Source: Thermoproteota archaeon (GTDB lineage: Archaea > Korarchaeota > JAOZGF01 > JAOZFZ01). From it: a stretch of DNA of 64,000 bases. The stretch spans positions 448,001-512,000 of the forward strand of contig JAOZFT010000004.1 of NCBI GenBank assembly GCA_027492035.1, given 5' to 3'. Positions 19,121 to 29,263 of this stretch are shown piece by piece (the stretch's first letter is position 1; every line of letters starts with the position of its first letter). The notes below the pieces were generated by a model that was not told the DNA's origin, ran no database searches, and saw only the letters and a list, made by a program, of their open reading frames with translations. The position numbers were made by a program, and so were the translations under genes.

Positions 19121-20290
19121 GTGAAAAGGTTAAGAAGTGTTAATATGAGAAAGGCAGTGACCTGTTTCTTAAAAACAAACTTCCACGACCATACCTTTTA
19201 CAAAACACAGTTAAACGAATTGAAGAAACTTGTTCAATCCCTGAATTACCAAGTAATTAATTCATTTACTCAAACGAGGAAATCCCCGAAATCTTCAACA
19301 CTCTTCGGTAAAGGCAAGGTAAAGGAACTGAGAAACTATGTTGAGAAAAACCAAGTTGAACTTGTTGTTTTCTACAACCTTTTAACTTCTAAACAGAAAT
19401 ACAATTTAGAAGTAGAGATAGGGAAAGAAGTAATTGATAGGTACGAATTAACTTTAAGAATATTTAACAAAATGGCTTCAGATCGCCTTTCTAAACTGCA
19501 GATTGAGTTAGCTTCCATAAAGAAACTTTTTCCGTACTATAAACTGAAAGCTTCACAGAAATATTTTAAAGAAAGACCTGGGTATATGGGGGGAGGGGAA
19601 TACATTTATCACAACGTGCTTTCCGGTTTAAGGAAACTGGAAAACAAAATAACTAAGGAAATAGAGGCTCACAAGGAAAGGAAAAAAGAAAGGATACTTA
19701 AAAGGAAAAGAAAGGGAACGAAAATAGTTTGTTTAGTAGGGTATTACAATGCAGGTAAAACAAGTATCTTCAATGCAATAACTAAGTGCAATAAACAAGT
19801 CAGCGACTTCCCTTTCACAACAATTGCAAGTAAATACTCAATGCGGTACAGTAAAGGAGAAAGTTTCCTTATTGTAGACACAATAGGATTTGTTTTAGAC
19901 ATTGACCCACAGCTCATATCCTCTTTTGAAATAAACTTACTTGATATGCAGCACGCTGATTTATTGCTTCATGTTATAGACGTAACTGACAATTTTGAAA
20001 CAATTAAATTGAAGTATGAAACAACAAACCGGATTTTGGATGAAATAGGGTTGAAGGAAAGGAGCCAAATCTATGTATTGAACAAAATAGATTTGCTGCC
20101 TCAGGAATTAATTGAAGAAAGAACAAAAAAATTAAAAAAGTTAATTAAGGGACGGATTTACGCGGTTTCTGCCCTTAAAAGGAAGAATTTGCAAGAATTG
20201 ATTGAAGGAATAATGCAAGTTCTTTACCGGAAGAGAAAAGAGAAACCTTTGGCGGTCGTGGCCAAAAACTTTCGAAATCAACCTGTGTAA
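19121..20290 (+). CDS. hflX: Ribosome-associated GTPase HflX
   Basis: N-domain FGKGKV.EL, VIDR..L.L.IF, KLQIELA; G-domain GYYNAGKTS, DTIGF, NKID, SAL. Confidence 0.92.
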   Translation: MKRLRSVNMRKAVTCFLKTNFHDHTFYKTQLNELKKLVQSLNYQVINSFTQTRKSPKSSTLFGKGKVKELRNYVEKNQVELVVFYNLLTSKQKYNLEVEIGKEVIDRYELTLRIFNKMASDRLSKLQIELASIKKLFPYYKLKASQKYFKERPGYMGGGEYIYHNVLSGLRKLENKITKEIEAHKERKKERILKRKRKGTKIVCLVGYYNAGKTSIFNAITKCNKQVSDFPFTTIASKYSMRYSKGESFLIVDTIGFVLDIDPQLISSFEINLLDMQHADLLLHVIDVTDNFETIKLKYETTNRILDEIGLKERSQIYVLNKIDLLPQELIEERTKKLKKLIKGRIYAVSALKRKNLQELIEGIMQVLYRKRKEKPLAVVAKNFRNQPV

Positions 20291-20325
20291 TGCTGGCCTT
20301 TCCAGAAATTTTAGATTATGTAGTT

Positions 20326-21648
20326 TCAACTGCCTCCCTCTCTCGTTAATAGGTCTTCAGCTGTCGCTTGGCCCTTCTCAAGAATTTCTTGTTCATTTAG
20401 TTTGGTGAATTCCCTGTTCTCCAGCAGAATTTCCCCGTCCACCATCACAGTAGTCACTTCACTACCCTTAACCGAGTAAACTATTTGTGAAATGATGTTG
20501 TGGACTGGAGTTAAACTCGGCTTGTCCAAGTCTAATATAATAAGGTCTGCTTTGCTGCCCTTTTCCAAAGAACCCACTTTTTTTAGCGATAAAGCCTCTG
20601 CACCTTTTAGAGTTGCAAGTTCCAAAACTTTCCAAGCAGGTAAAACTGTAGGGTTTAAGAAATACCCCTTATGGATTAAGGCAGTTACTTTCATTGTCTC
20701 AAACATGTTGAGAGAGTTATTGCTAGCTGCTCCATCTGTTCCTAAACTCACTGTTACTTCCTTGTTTAACATTTTAGGGATAGGTGCGAAACCGGAAGCT
20801 AACTTTAAATTGCTTACAGGGTTATGTGAAACCTTCACCCCCCTCCTTTTTAATGTGTTAATTTCTTCTTCAGTCACCCAAACCACATGTGCAGCTAATG
20901 TTTTCTTCCCTAAGATCTTTAACTTATCTAGGTATCCTACTACTCCCTCTGAGCCTATCTTTACGTGGAAAGCCTTTTTTATTTTTCCTATTTCATCCTT
21001 TGTCTCAGCAACATGAATATGTACTCCCACATTATATTCTTCAGCTAGTGCAGTTACTTCCTCCAAGAACTTAGGTGAACAAGTGTAGGGGGAATGTGGC
21101 CCCAAAAAAACTTTAAGTCTACCGTTTAAAGCCCCGTTAAATTTCTTTATTATTCTTTCAGACTCCTTTAACTCCTTTTTACCCTTTTCTTCCGAACCTA
21201 ACTCGATCATTCCGTGAGAAATAACAGCTCTCAACCCTGTTTCTTTAACAGCCTTCACTACTTCATCCATGAAAAAGTACATATCTGAAAAGGTGGTTGT
21301 TCCTGTTTTTATCATTTCTAAACAAGCAAGTAAAGTACCAATGTATACATCGCTGCCTTTCAATTTAGCTTCCAAAGGCCATATTTTCTTAGTTAACCAT
21401 AGATTAAGTTCCATATCATCAGCGTAGCCCCTGAACAAGGTCATAGCTGCGTGAGTGTGGGTGTTTATTAAACCAGGCATGATTACTTTCCTTTCACCCC
21501 CTAACTTCTCATACCCTCCATACCTCCTTCTCAACTGTGAAAAATCACCTACCTCAATTACTCTATCTCCTTCAACCACTAACCCTCCATCCTTAACTAT
21601 TTTTTTAGGTGTTACAATTAAATATTTCCCATGAATAAGGTACTCCAT
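20326..21648 (-). CDS. mtaD: MTA/SAH/5'-deoxyadenosine deaminase (MtaD/DadD-like amidohydrolase)
   Basis: PGLINTHTH, HSPYTC, HIHVAET, SNLKLASG, GTDGAASNN; ATG at 21648 with GGTGA SD. Confidence 0.85.
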   Translation of the reverse strand: MEYLIHGKYLIVTPKKIVKDGGLVVEGDRVIEVGDFSQLRRRYGGYEKLGGERKVIMPGLINTHTHAAMTLFRGYADDMELNLWLTKKIWPLEAKLKGSDVYIGTLLACLEMIKTGTTTFSDMYFFMDEVVKAVKETGLRAVISHGMIELGSEEKGKKELKESERIIKKFNGALNGRLKVFLGPHSPYTCSPKFLEEVTALAEEYNVGVHIHVAETKDEIGKIKKAFHVKIGSEGVVGYLDKLKILGKKTLAAHVVWVTEEEINTLKRRGVKVSHNPVSNLKLASGFAPIPKMLNKEVTVSLGTDGAASNNSLNMFETMKVTALIHKGYFLNPTVLPAWKVLELATLKGAEALSLKKVGSLEKGSKADLIILDLDKPSLTPVHNIISQIVYSVKGSEVTTVMVDGEILLENREFTKLNEQEILEKGQATAEDLLTREGGS

Positions 21649-21735
21649 CCCCTTCACCTTGTTATGAAATTCTCTCGACAAAAAAGAGAATTAATTAAAA
21701 TCTTTTTCAAACTTTTCTTAAAAGGTGAAAAATTA

Positions 21736-23010
21736 ATGAAGAGTTTAGTCAAAGACATGAACTTAAAAAGGAAAGGAAAAATTAAAATTGAATGGGCAGA
21801 AAACTTTATGCCTACCTTGAAAAGGATTTCTGAAAATTTGAAAAAGGAAAAGCCTTTTAAAAGTTTAAGAGTAGGGATGGCTCTACATTTAGAGGCAAAG
21901 ACAGCAGTTTTGGTGAAAACTCTCCACGAAGGAGGAGCTGAAGTATACATAACTGGATGCAACCCGGAAACAACTCAAGATGACGTGGCGGCAGCAACCA
22001 CTGAATTTGCACATGTCTATGCTTGGAGAGGAGAAACAAAAGAGGAGTACTATGAAAATTTAAACAGAGTCTTAGATAATAAACCGCACATAATTATTGA
22101 TGACGGTGCAGATTTAATGGTGCTTTTACATACTGAAAGAAAGGAATTGCTTGACCTAGTTATTGGAGGATGCGAAGAGACGACGACAGGAGTAAAAAGG
22201 TTAAGGAATATGGAGAAAAGAGGAGTCTTGAGGTTTCCGGTGATAGATGTGAATGATGCTTATATGAAACATCTCTTTGACAACCGGTACGGGACAGGTG
22301 AGTCTGCCCTATTTGGTGTATTAAATGCTACAAATTTAACATTAGCCGGTAAAAATGTTGTGGTTGCAGGCTATGGTTGGTGTGGGAGAGGAATAGCTTT
22401 AAGGGCTAAGGGGTTAGGAGCTAAAGTGACGGTTACGGAAGTTGACCCAATTAAAGCTGTCGAAGCCTACATGGACGGTTTCAATGTTTCGCGCCTTATT
22501 GACGCCGTTAAAACAGCAGATATAGTGATAACTGCTACTGGAGTTAAAAAAATTGTTAAAGAGGAACATTTTAAGGCTGCAAAAAATAACTGTATATTCG
22601 CTAATGCAGGCCATTTCAATGTTGAAATATGGATTCCGGACTTGGAGAAAATGGCTAAAGAAAAGAGGAAGATCAGGTATTTTGGGTTACCTTATAACGA
22701 TTTTCTTGTTGAAGAGTATGTTTTAAAGGATGGGAAGAAACTTTACTTACTTGGTAAAGGGAGGTTGGTGAACTTGGTTTGTGGGCAAGGGCATGCGACA
22801 GAAATAATGGATATGAGCTTCAGTTTACAGGCTGAATCAACTAAGTATCTAGTGTTAAACAAAGGGAAATTAGAGAAAAAGGTTTATTCTGTACCTAAAG
22901 AAATAGATGAGGCCGTTGCAAGGTTTAAGCTTGAAGCACTCAACATCAAAATAGATGAATTGACGCAGGAGCAAATGAGGTACATTAATGAATTCCTTTT
23001 GGGAACTTAA
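21736..23010 (+). CDS. ahcY: Adenosylhomocysteinase family; probable S-inosylhomocysteine hydrolase
   Basis: HLEAKT, DDGAD, EETTTG, KHLFDNRYGTG, GYGWCGRG, GRLVNL..GQGH; ATG at 21736 with GGTGA SD. Confidence 0.93.
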   Translation: MKSLVKDMNLKRKGKIKIEWAENFMPTLKRISENLKKEKPFKSLRVGMALHLEAKTAVLVKTLHEGGAEVYITGCNPETTQDDVAAATTEFAHVYAWRGETKEEYYENLNRVLDNKPHIIIDDGADLMVLLHTERKELLDLVIGGCEETTTGVKRLRNMEKRGVLRFPVIDVNDAYMKHLFDNRYGTGESALFGVLNATNLTLAGKNVVVAGYGWCGRGIALRAKGLGAKVTVTEVDPIKAVEAYMDGFNVSRLIDAVKTADIVITATGVKKIVKEEHFKAAKNNCIFANAGHFNVEIWIPDLEKMAKEKRKIRYFGLPYNDFLVEEYVLKDGKKLYLLGKGRLVNLVCGQGHATEIMDMSFSLQAESTKYLVLNKGKLEKKVYSVPKEIDEAVARFKLEALNIKIDELTQEQMRYINEFLLGT

Positions 23011-23052
23011 AATTTTATTAAACTTCTTTAAGTTCCTTCCTTCTCTCCTTTC

Positions 23053-24726
23053 CTAAACAGTCAATGTTTTTGTTAAGTAAATTTCTGCAGCTGATACAGG
23101 TTGTGTTAGTTCAAAGTTTTCTAGAACTTGAGGGTGAATTTCTCCTAAGTACCCTATACTTTTTTCACCCTCTAAAATTTCAGCTGTCCTACCTTCCAGG
23201 AAGGGAGGACGATTTTTTTCCTTTACTTCCCATCTCTTATTTAATATTTGTGAAAGGGTTTCTAACACTGCTTTTGCGTCTGTGTAGGTTGTTTCAGGTG
23301 AAGATATTAAATATGCAATATTTATTTCTTCACTAACTCCTGTTTCAGCTCCTTCGTCAGGTTTAATTACATACCCTATCTCAAAAATTTTCTGGGGATA
23401 CTCATATCTTTTATTGTACTTAAGCACTTCAAGAAGTGAAGGAAGTAAAGTGTCTCTCAAAACATTATATTCAAGTGAAACAGGGTTTTCTATTTCGACA
23501 AGTTTTCTTTTTGGTAAAAGCATTTTCGCTGTTAATGTCTCAGAACTTGATTGAAGGAAAGTTAAGCATTCTATAAAACCCATTCCTGTCATTAACCTCC
23601 TCAACTCATTTATTTTCTCAATCTGTCGGTTTCTTTGAGGCGAAGTGAAAATCTTAGGTATTCTTAATTGAAACTTGTCGTAACCGTAGGTGATAGCTAA
23701 ATCTTCAACGATGTCTATTTGATGCATTATGTCTGTTCTATAAGCTGGGACCAAAACTTCAATGTGGTTTTCAGTTACTCTTTCAACTCCAAATCTGGAT
23801 TTTAGTAGTAACTTAATTATTTCTTCTTTTGAAAGAGTTACACCAAGTATTTTTTGGACATAATTAACATTTAATGTTACTTTTTCAGGTGTTAAATTAG
23901 GGAGCCATTTACTTGCTTTTGGATAAATCACTTCTACGCTTTCAATGGTTGCTCCTCTTTCAGCAAACATTGTACAGAGAATGTTCAAGGCTTTGTTTAC
24001 AGCTCTGAAGCTTGTTCCGGTTACATCTATAAAAAGATTGGTTGTTTTTTCAGTGACTTCTGTCAATGTTGAATTTATTATCGGGGGGAAGGATAAAACT
24101 CTATCCATTTTATCAATTATTAACGGGTATTTTTCTTTCCCTTCCAAAATATAACCGTAAGTTCTTCCTTTTTCATTTTCTTTAAGTATCTGCTTCAGAG
24201 TCATCTCTCTTTCCTCATGTAGAGGAGTGAATGAGTATTGTTCAGGATCTGCTGGAATGTATGAAAAAGGAGGTTCAACTTTGTCTAAGTCATGTAAACC
24301 TATAGCCACTTTTCTCCTCTTTCTTCCATGTGTGTCATGGATTTTCTCCTGAATTTGCATTATTTGTTTGACAAAGTTGTCAGTTAATTCTAAGTCTCTC
24401 ACCACCCCTGCAGCAATGTAAGGTCTCACTTCAGCCATTCCTTCTCCTACCTTCACTTGTACATATCCCCTCTCGACTGTATAGTTAGGCAGTCCTCTTT
24501 CAATGTTTAATAGCCCCCTTAAGTTTCTAGCTAACCCTTCAACCGACAACATATCGGGTCTATTTGGAAACACTTCAATATCTAGTTCTGACTCATGTTC
24601 CCTTTCTATGGGTGTTCCCTGCATAGCTAACCAGTAAATTAAGTTTTTCCTTGTTAATTTAACCCCTAATAAATTGTATAAATCTTCCTCATTTACTGTT
24701 ATCACAGCCATTGAAGCCACCAACAA
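23053..24726 (-). CDS. pheT: Phenylalanine--tRNA ligase beta subunit
   Basis: PNRPDMLS.EG, RRKVAIGLHD, SFPPIINS, RTDIMHQIDIVED, GEIHPQV. Confidence 0.96.
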   Translation of the reverse strand: MLVASMAVITVNEEDLYNLLGVKLTRKNLIYWLAMQGTPIEREHESELDIEVFPNRPDMLSVEGLARNLRGLLNIERGLPNYTVERGYVQVKVGEGMAEVRPYIAAGVVRDLELTDNFVKQIMQIQEKIHDTHGRKRRKVAIGLHDLDKVEPPFSYIPADPEQYSFTPLHEEREMTLKQILKENEKGRTYGYILEGKEKYPLIIDKMDRVLSFPPIINSTLTEVTEKTTNLFIDVTGTSFRAVNKALNILCTMFAERGATIESVEVIYPKASKWLPNLTPEKVTLNVNYVQKILGVTLSKEEIIKLLLKSRFGVERVTENHIEVLVPAYRTDIMHQIDIVEDLAITYGYDKFQLRIPKIFTSPQRNRQIEKINELRRLMTGMGFIECLTFLQSSSETLTAKMLLPKRKLVEIENPVSLEYNVLRDTLLPSLLEVLKYNKRYEYPQKIFEIGYVIKPDEGAETGVSEEINIAYLISSPETTYTDAKAVLETLSQILNKRWEVKEKNRPPFLEGRTAEILEGEKSIGYLGEIHPQVLENFELTQPVSAAEIYLTKTLTV

Positions 24727-24729
24727 TTT

Positions 24730-26304
24730 CTAGATAGGGTAGGTTCTCAACCACTTAATGTCGTTGAAGTAAGGGAATCTTATGTCCCCTAAATTATATT
24801 TCCTCATCGTTAAGCGATCAAGCCCTAAACCCCAAGCTAGGACAGGTATATCTTTCCCAAGCAGCGGAACCACTACTTCTGGCCTAAATATGCCTGCCCC
24901 ACCTAACTCAATCCATTCTCCTCTTTCAGGGTCGTAAACTTCAGGTTCTACTGACAATTCGGTGTAAGGGAAGTAACCAGGCCTATATCTGGTTTTTGTG
25001 AAACCTAATCTTGAAAAATACTCATTTAAGTAACCTAACAAGTCCCTAAAGGTAACTGATTCACTTACAACTATTCCTTCCACTTGGTAAAACTCATGTA
25101 AATGGGTTGGATCCAAGTTTTCACGCCTAAAAACCTTCCCTATTGAAAAAATTTTCGCTGGAGGTTTAATTTTAGTTAAGAAACGTGCGGAGACGCTTGT
25201 AGTGTGGGTTCTTAAAACGATTTTTTTGGCTTCGCTTAAACTCCACTTATATCTCCAACCTGAAGAACCTGTTACCCATCCATTTTCATGGGTCTCTTTA
25301 ACCTTTTTAATGAGTTGTCTTGGAGGCATTTTCTTCGTTTCAATGTTTTTTATGTATAATGTATCAGCTAATTCACGGGCTGGATGATCTTGAGGCTGGT
25401 AAAGAGCATCAAAACACCAGAAAGCAAGCTCCACTATAGGACCTATGGCTTCGGTGAAACCCATATCAAACCAGATTTCTCTGATTTTATCTGCAATTGA
25501 AAGGGTTGGGTGCAATCTACCTACCGCTGTAGGTGCAACAGGTGCGTAAACGTCGTACTTTTTCAGGGTGACTTCACGCCATTTACCAGTTTCTATAAGT
25601 CCAGGGGTTAGGTTTGAAACTGTTATTTTAAGAGGAATCTCATAATTAAGTAATTCTTTACCGAAAGAAGTTAGCTCAGCCCTCTCCTCCACAACTTCCT
25701 TCGTCACTAAAAGATTTCTTCTCTTCAAGGTTTTAATTAGTTCTTCTTCATTCTTTATGCCTAAAGGTAATTCAACCCATGTACCTTTCCTCCATAAGGT
25801 CTTAAGCACTGTTTCCTCAGGGAAAAACGGAAGAAATTCACTACCTCCATTCTTAAGCCTGACAAATGGTTCGTTGTTTCTCTTGACAATTTCTATCAGC
25901 CCTTTCCTTTTTAACCAACCTAATGACCTATTAAGTTCAACTGTGTTCTGGTCCAGGAAGTTTTTCAGTTCATCTAAAGATGCTTCACCACCAATTTTCT
26001 TTAGGTGCTCCAGCAACTTCTTTTCAGGTAAGTGTGTTTCAGCATACTTTATTCCTTCTCCTGTTAATTTAGCCTTCTTTATTCTTTCTTTGTGTAAGGT
26101 GATTATTCCATATTTTTGCAACCTAAGTAAACCTCTAACCACCGCAGATCTATCCATTTTCAATGTTTCAACTAATAAAGAAGTTGTTAAAGTATGTGGT
26201 TGTTGTTTAAAGGCTAAAAGAATTTTTTTATCTTGTAAGGAGAACTTCTCTCTAATTTCCTTTAAAACTTGTTTTAAATCAACCTCTAAATTATCCCTAT
26301 ACAA
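24730..26304 (-). CDS. pheS: Phenylalanine--tRNA ligase alpha subunit (N-terminal wHTH domains)
   Basis: FDALYQPQDHPARE, LRTHTTSVS, EFYQVEG, YFPYTE.S.E, ELGGAGIFRPE, WGLGLDR. Confidence 0.96.
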   Translation of the reverse strand: MYRDNLEVDLKQVLKEIREKFSLQDKKILLAFKQQPHTLTTSLLVETLKMDRSAVVRGLLRLQKYGIITLHKERIKKAKLTGEGIKYAETHLPEKKLLEHLKKIGGEASLDELKNFLDQNTVELNRSLGWLKRKGLIEIVKRNNEPFVRLKNGGSEFLPFFPEETVLKTLWRKGTWVELPLGIKNEEELIKTLKRRNLLVTKEVVEERAELTSFGKELLNYEIPLKITVSNLTPGLIETGKWREVTLKKYDVYAPVAPTAVGRLHPTLSIADKIREIWFDMGFTEAIGPIVELAFWCFDALYQPQDHPARELADTLYIKNIETKKMPPRQLIKKVKETHENGWVTGSSGWRYKWSLSEAKKIVLRTHTTSVSARFLTKIKPPAKIFSIGKVFRRENLDPTHLHEFYQVEGIVVSESVTFRDLLGYLNEYFSRLGFTKTRYRPGYFPYTELSVEPEVYDPERGEWIELGGAGIFRPEVVVPLLGKDIPVLAWGLGLDRLTMRKYNLGDIRFPYFNDIKWLRTYPI

Positions 26305-26544
26305 AGAAAACAGCCCTCCTTAACTTAGGTTTCTGAAGAAAAATATTCTGGTGAAGAAAAGGTGTTCTTAACTGCTTGTCTTAAGTTCATGGTTCTTATC
26401 ATGTTTAAGTAAATTGGCAGAGCATCACATCCACCGAAAAAGGAAGTATAATGTCTCCTTTAAAACATTAAATTTAAGGAGGAAATGGTTAAGTGGAAGG
26501 ATATTTATATCTTTAGGTTTTTCTAAGAAAAAGGGCGATCTGTT

Positions 26545-27474
26545 GTGAAAAAAATAGACTTGATTTCGGTAGGGAACTTAAACGTCGATATTACCTTGAA
26601 AGTTGATAAGTTCCCTGAACCTGACCAAGAAATAGAAATTAATTCTTCTTTAATTTCTCCTGGGGGATCGGCTTCAAACACCGCTGTTGCTGCATCAAGG
26701 TTAGGGTTGTCGGTTGGTTTCATAGGGAAAGTGGGAGACGATTTGATGGGTATCATGGCGTTGGAGGACTTAAAAAGAGAAAGAATAGATATTAGTCAAG
26801 TTAAAAAATTGAAGGGTATAGCTACAGGTTTAGTGGTTGTTTTTGTTTTTCCAGATGGACAGAGGGCCATGATTGCAAATCATGGTGCTAACTTACATAT
26901 GGAGAAAAATGACCTAGAAAGTGAGTTTATAAAAGTAAGTGAGGCAGTTCATGTTGGAGGAGGGAAAATTGAAGTTGCTGAGGAAGCTTTGAAAATAGCT
27001 AAGGAACAGGGTAAGTTAACTTCCTTTGACCCAGGTTCAGTTCTTTCCTCTCTAGGTTTAGAAAAACTAAAGAAAATTTTGGAGAATGCAGACTTGGTTT
27101 TCCTAAACAGGAAAGAGTTACGAGCCATAACAGGCTTTGGAGATGAAAGGGGTTTAAAGAAAATTTTAGAAGCTGATGTGAAGCTAGTTATTTTAAAAAT
27201 TGGTGAAGGTGGGTCCTTAGTTTTTAGTGAAGAAGGGAAAGTTGAAGCTAAGGCCTTCAGCGTCCCAGTTGTAGATACAACTGGAGCTGGAGACGCTTTC
27301 AATGCAGGTTTCTTAGCTTCATTTATAAAGGAAAGGGATGTTTTTAAAGCGTGCGTAGTTGGTAACGCTGTGGCCGCTTTAAAAATAACTGAAGTAGGAG
27401 CAAGATCCGGTTTACCTACTAAAAACGAACTTAACGAGTTTTTAAATAGTAAAGGATTTAAGTTCAACCTTTAA
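26545..27474 (+). CDS. PfkB family carbohydrate/nucleoside kinase
   Basis: GGSASNTA, GKVGDD..G, DTTGAGDAF. Confidence 0.92.
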   Translation: MKKIDLISVGNLNVDITLKVDKFPEPDQEIEINSSLISPGGSASNTAVAASRLGLSVGFIGKVGDDLMGIMALEDLKRERIDISQVKKLKGIATGLVVVFVFPDGQRAMIANHGANLHMEKNDLESEFIKVSEAVHVGGGKIEVAEEALKIAKEQGKLTSFDPGSVLSSLGLEKLKKILENADLVFLNRKELRAITGFGDERGLKKILEADVKLVILKIGEGGSLVFSEEGKVEAKAFSVPVVDTTGAGDAFNAGFLASFIKERDVFKACVVGNAVAALKITEVGARSGLPTKNELNEFLNSKGFKFNL

Positions 27475-29244
27475 TTTATTAATTGCTTCTTCAATCTCTG
27501 TTTGCTGCTCTCTAAGTAACGTTTCTTTGTTTATCAAGAAGTAGAAAGGAATCTCATCTACTTTTTTGAAAGCAAACTCTGCAGTATAGTGTGTTTCCAG
27601 AAGAATAGAGTCTAGGTATGTTAGCCCTATTTCAGCCTCTCCACTCCTTACTGCTTGGTAAACAAAATGCTCATTTTTTAAAAAAATTTTCTTCGAGGTC
27701 TTAAAATCCTCCAAGAAACCAACTGGTAATGTGATTGAGGAAGGTAAGGCGATTACTTTACCCTTTCTTGAAAGTAAAGCAATGGACTCTTCTTTGAAAG
27801 TGAAAAGCACAATTTTCCTGTTAAATTTTCCCAAAACCTTTATTTCAGGACTTGTAGGTTTCTCCTTTGAGAAGGCGATGTGGCATTCATTTCGAAGTAA
27901 TGAATCTTTTGCGAAGAAACTTGAACCATAAATTTTCCTTAAATTAAAGGGGGCTAGTTCAGCCAGTTTTTCAGTAAATAAACTTTTCTCACCTATCAAT
28001 GTAATTTTTTCCCCTTCAAACCAAGGAAAAAGATTAACCTCAACTTTTTCTCCTCTATACAGTTGCTGGACTTCTCTTTTAACAAAAACATATCCATCAG
28101 CAAGAGAAAAAAGAGTTAAGTGGCCTGATATCCTCGACACCGGACACGCATAGGAACTATTCTTAAATTTAACAAGGTAAACATATAATATTTCATCCCT
28201 CTCAGGCCTCCTAAAAATTTTTCTTGAGAGCACAGCTGATTCTTTTCTTGTTTTTATTCTTTTACCTGAAAGTTTAGAAATGAAGGGAGCTGCTAACAAA
28301 CTGTAAATTGTGAAGGAAGAGGTTGGTTGCCCAGGTAACCCCAAAATTAATTTGTTTTCTTTTACAGCTACAATTGTGGGTTTACCTGGCTTAGAAGAAA
28401 GACCATGGATAAGTAATTCAGGTTTTATGAAAGATTCTACAGCCTTTAAAGTTACATCCCCTTCCCCTTTAGAGGAGCCTCCAATAACAAGGATCATGTC
28501 GCTACTGCCCCATATGTCGAGAAGGGTTTCGCCTAAAAAGTTTTCATTATCTTCCCTAACTGAGAAATACTTAACTTCTCCTCCTAAACTCTCTACTAAC
28601 GCTCCTAAGGTGTAAGAGTTTATATTGTATACTTTCCCTTCCGACAGCGGTTCCCCAGGTTCCAAAATTTCAGGTCCTGTCGACACAATGGCAACTCTTG
28701 GCTTCTTATAAACTTTCACTATTTTCCTTCCTATAGAAGCCAATAAACCTACCTCCACAGGCCCTATTTCAACTCCTTCACGTAAAACAAGTTCACCCTC
28801 ACTTATATCTGAACCAGCTTTCAAAATATTCTCTCCAGGATAAGTTGGGCGGAAAACACTGACTTCAGAGTCCTTAACTGAAGTGTACTCTACCATTACT
28901 ACGGAATCAGATCCTCTTGGTATCATTGACCCTGTTGCGACGTAAACACAAGTCTTAGGTTTCAAAGAGAAGAGGCATTTCTCACCTACATTTACTTTAC
29001 CTACCAACAACAACTTAACAGGGCTCTCTTCTTCAGCATTCAATGTATCTAAAGAACGTACAGCGTACCCGTCAACCGTAGATCTATTGAAGGGTGGAAC
29101 GTCGAAGGGAGAATAAATTTTTTCTGCTAACACTCTCCCAAAGGATTTCTCTAGGTTAATTTCTTCAACTTTCTTCTCCGCTGTAAGCTTGTTCCTTATT
29201 ATTTTCTTGCATTCGTCAATGGTTAAGAGCGAGAGAAACTTCAA
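27442..29244 (-). CDS. moeA: Molybdopterin molybdotransferase MoeA fused to a divergent C-terminal PBP/LysR-like domain
   Basis: PPFNRSTVDGYAV, VATGSMIP.G.DSVVMVE, KPGKPT, GLPGQP; about 190-aa extra C-terminal domain. Confidence 0.85.
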   Translation of the reverse strand: MKFLSLLTIDECKKIIRNKLTAEKKVEEINLEKSFGRVLAEKIYSPFDVPPFNRSTVDGYAVRSLDTLNAEEESPVKLLLVGKVNVGEKCLFSLKPKTCVYVATGSMIPRGSDSVVMVEYTSVKDSEVSVFRPTYPGENILKAGSDISEGELVLREGVEIGPVEVGLLASIGRKIVKVYKKPRVAIVSTGPEILEPGEPLSEGKVYNINSYTLGALVESLGGEVKYFSVREDNENFLGETLLDIWGSSDMILVIGGSSKGEGDVTLKAVESFIKPELLIHGLSSKPGKPTIVAVKENKLILGLPGQPTSSFTIYSLLAAPFISKLSGKRIKTRKESAVLSRKIFRRPERDEILYVYLVKFKNSSYACPVSRISGHLTLFSLADGYVFVKREVQQLYRGEKVEVNLFPWFEGEKITLIGEKSLFTEKLAELAPFNLRKIYGSSFFAKDSLLRNECHIAFSKEKPTSPEIKVLGKFNRKIVLFTFKEESIALLSRKGKVIALPSSITLPVGFLEDFKTSKKIFLKNEHFVYQAVRSGEAEIGLTYLDSILLETHYTAEFAFKKVDEIPFYFLINKETLLREQQTEIEEAINKLKVELKSFTI

Positions 29245-29263
29245 AAACTCATCACCTAAAGTC

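Noticed and set aside
26378-26430. Minus-strand GTGATGC...CTTA...ATGATAA...CTTA pattern resembling a C/D sRNA upstream of pheS
   Set aside because: Both putative D boxes are CTTA rather than CTGA, and I recognise no rRNA/tRNA complementarity.
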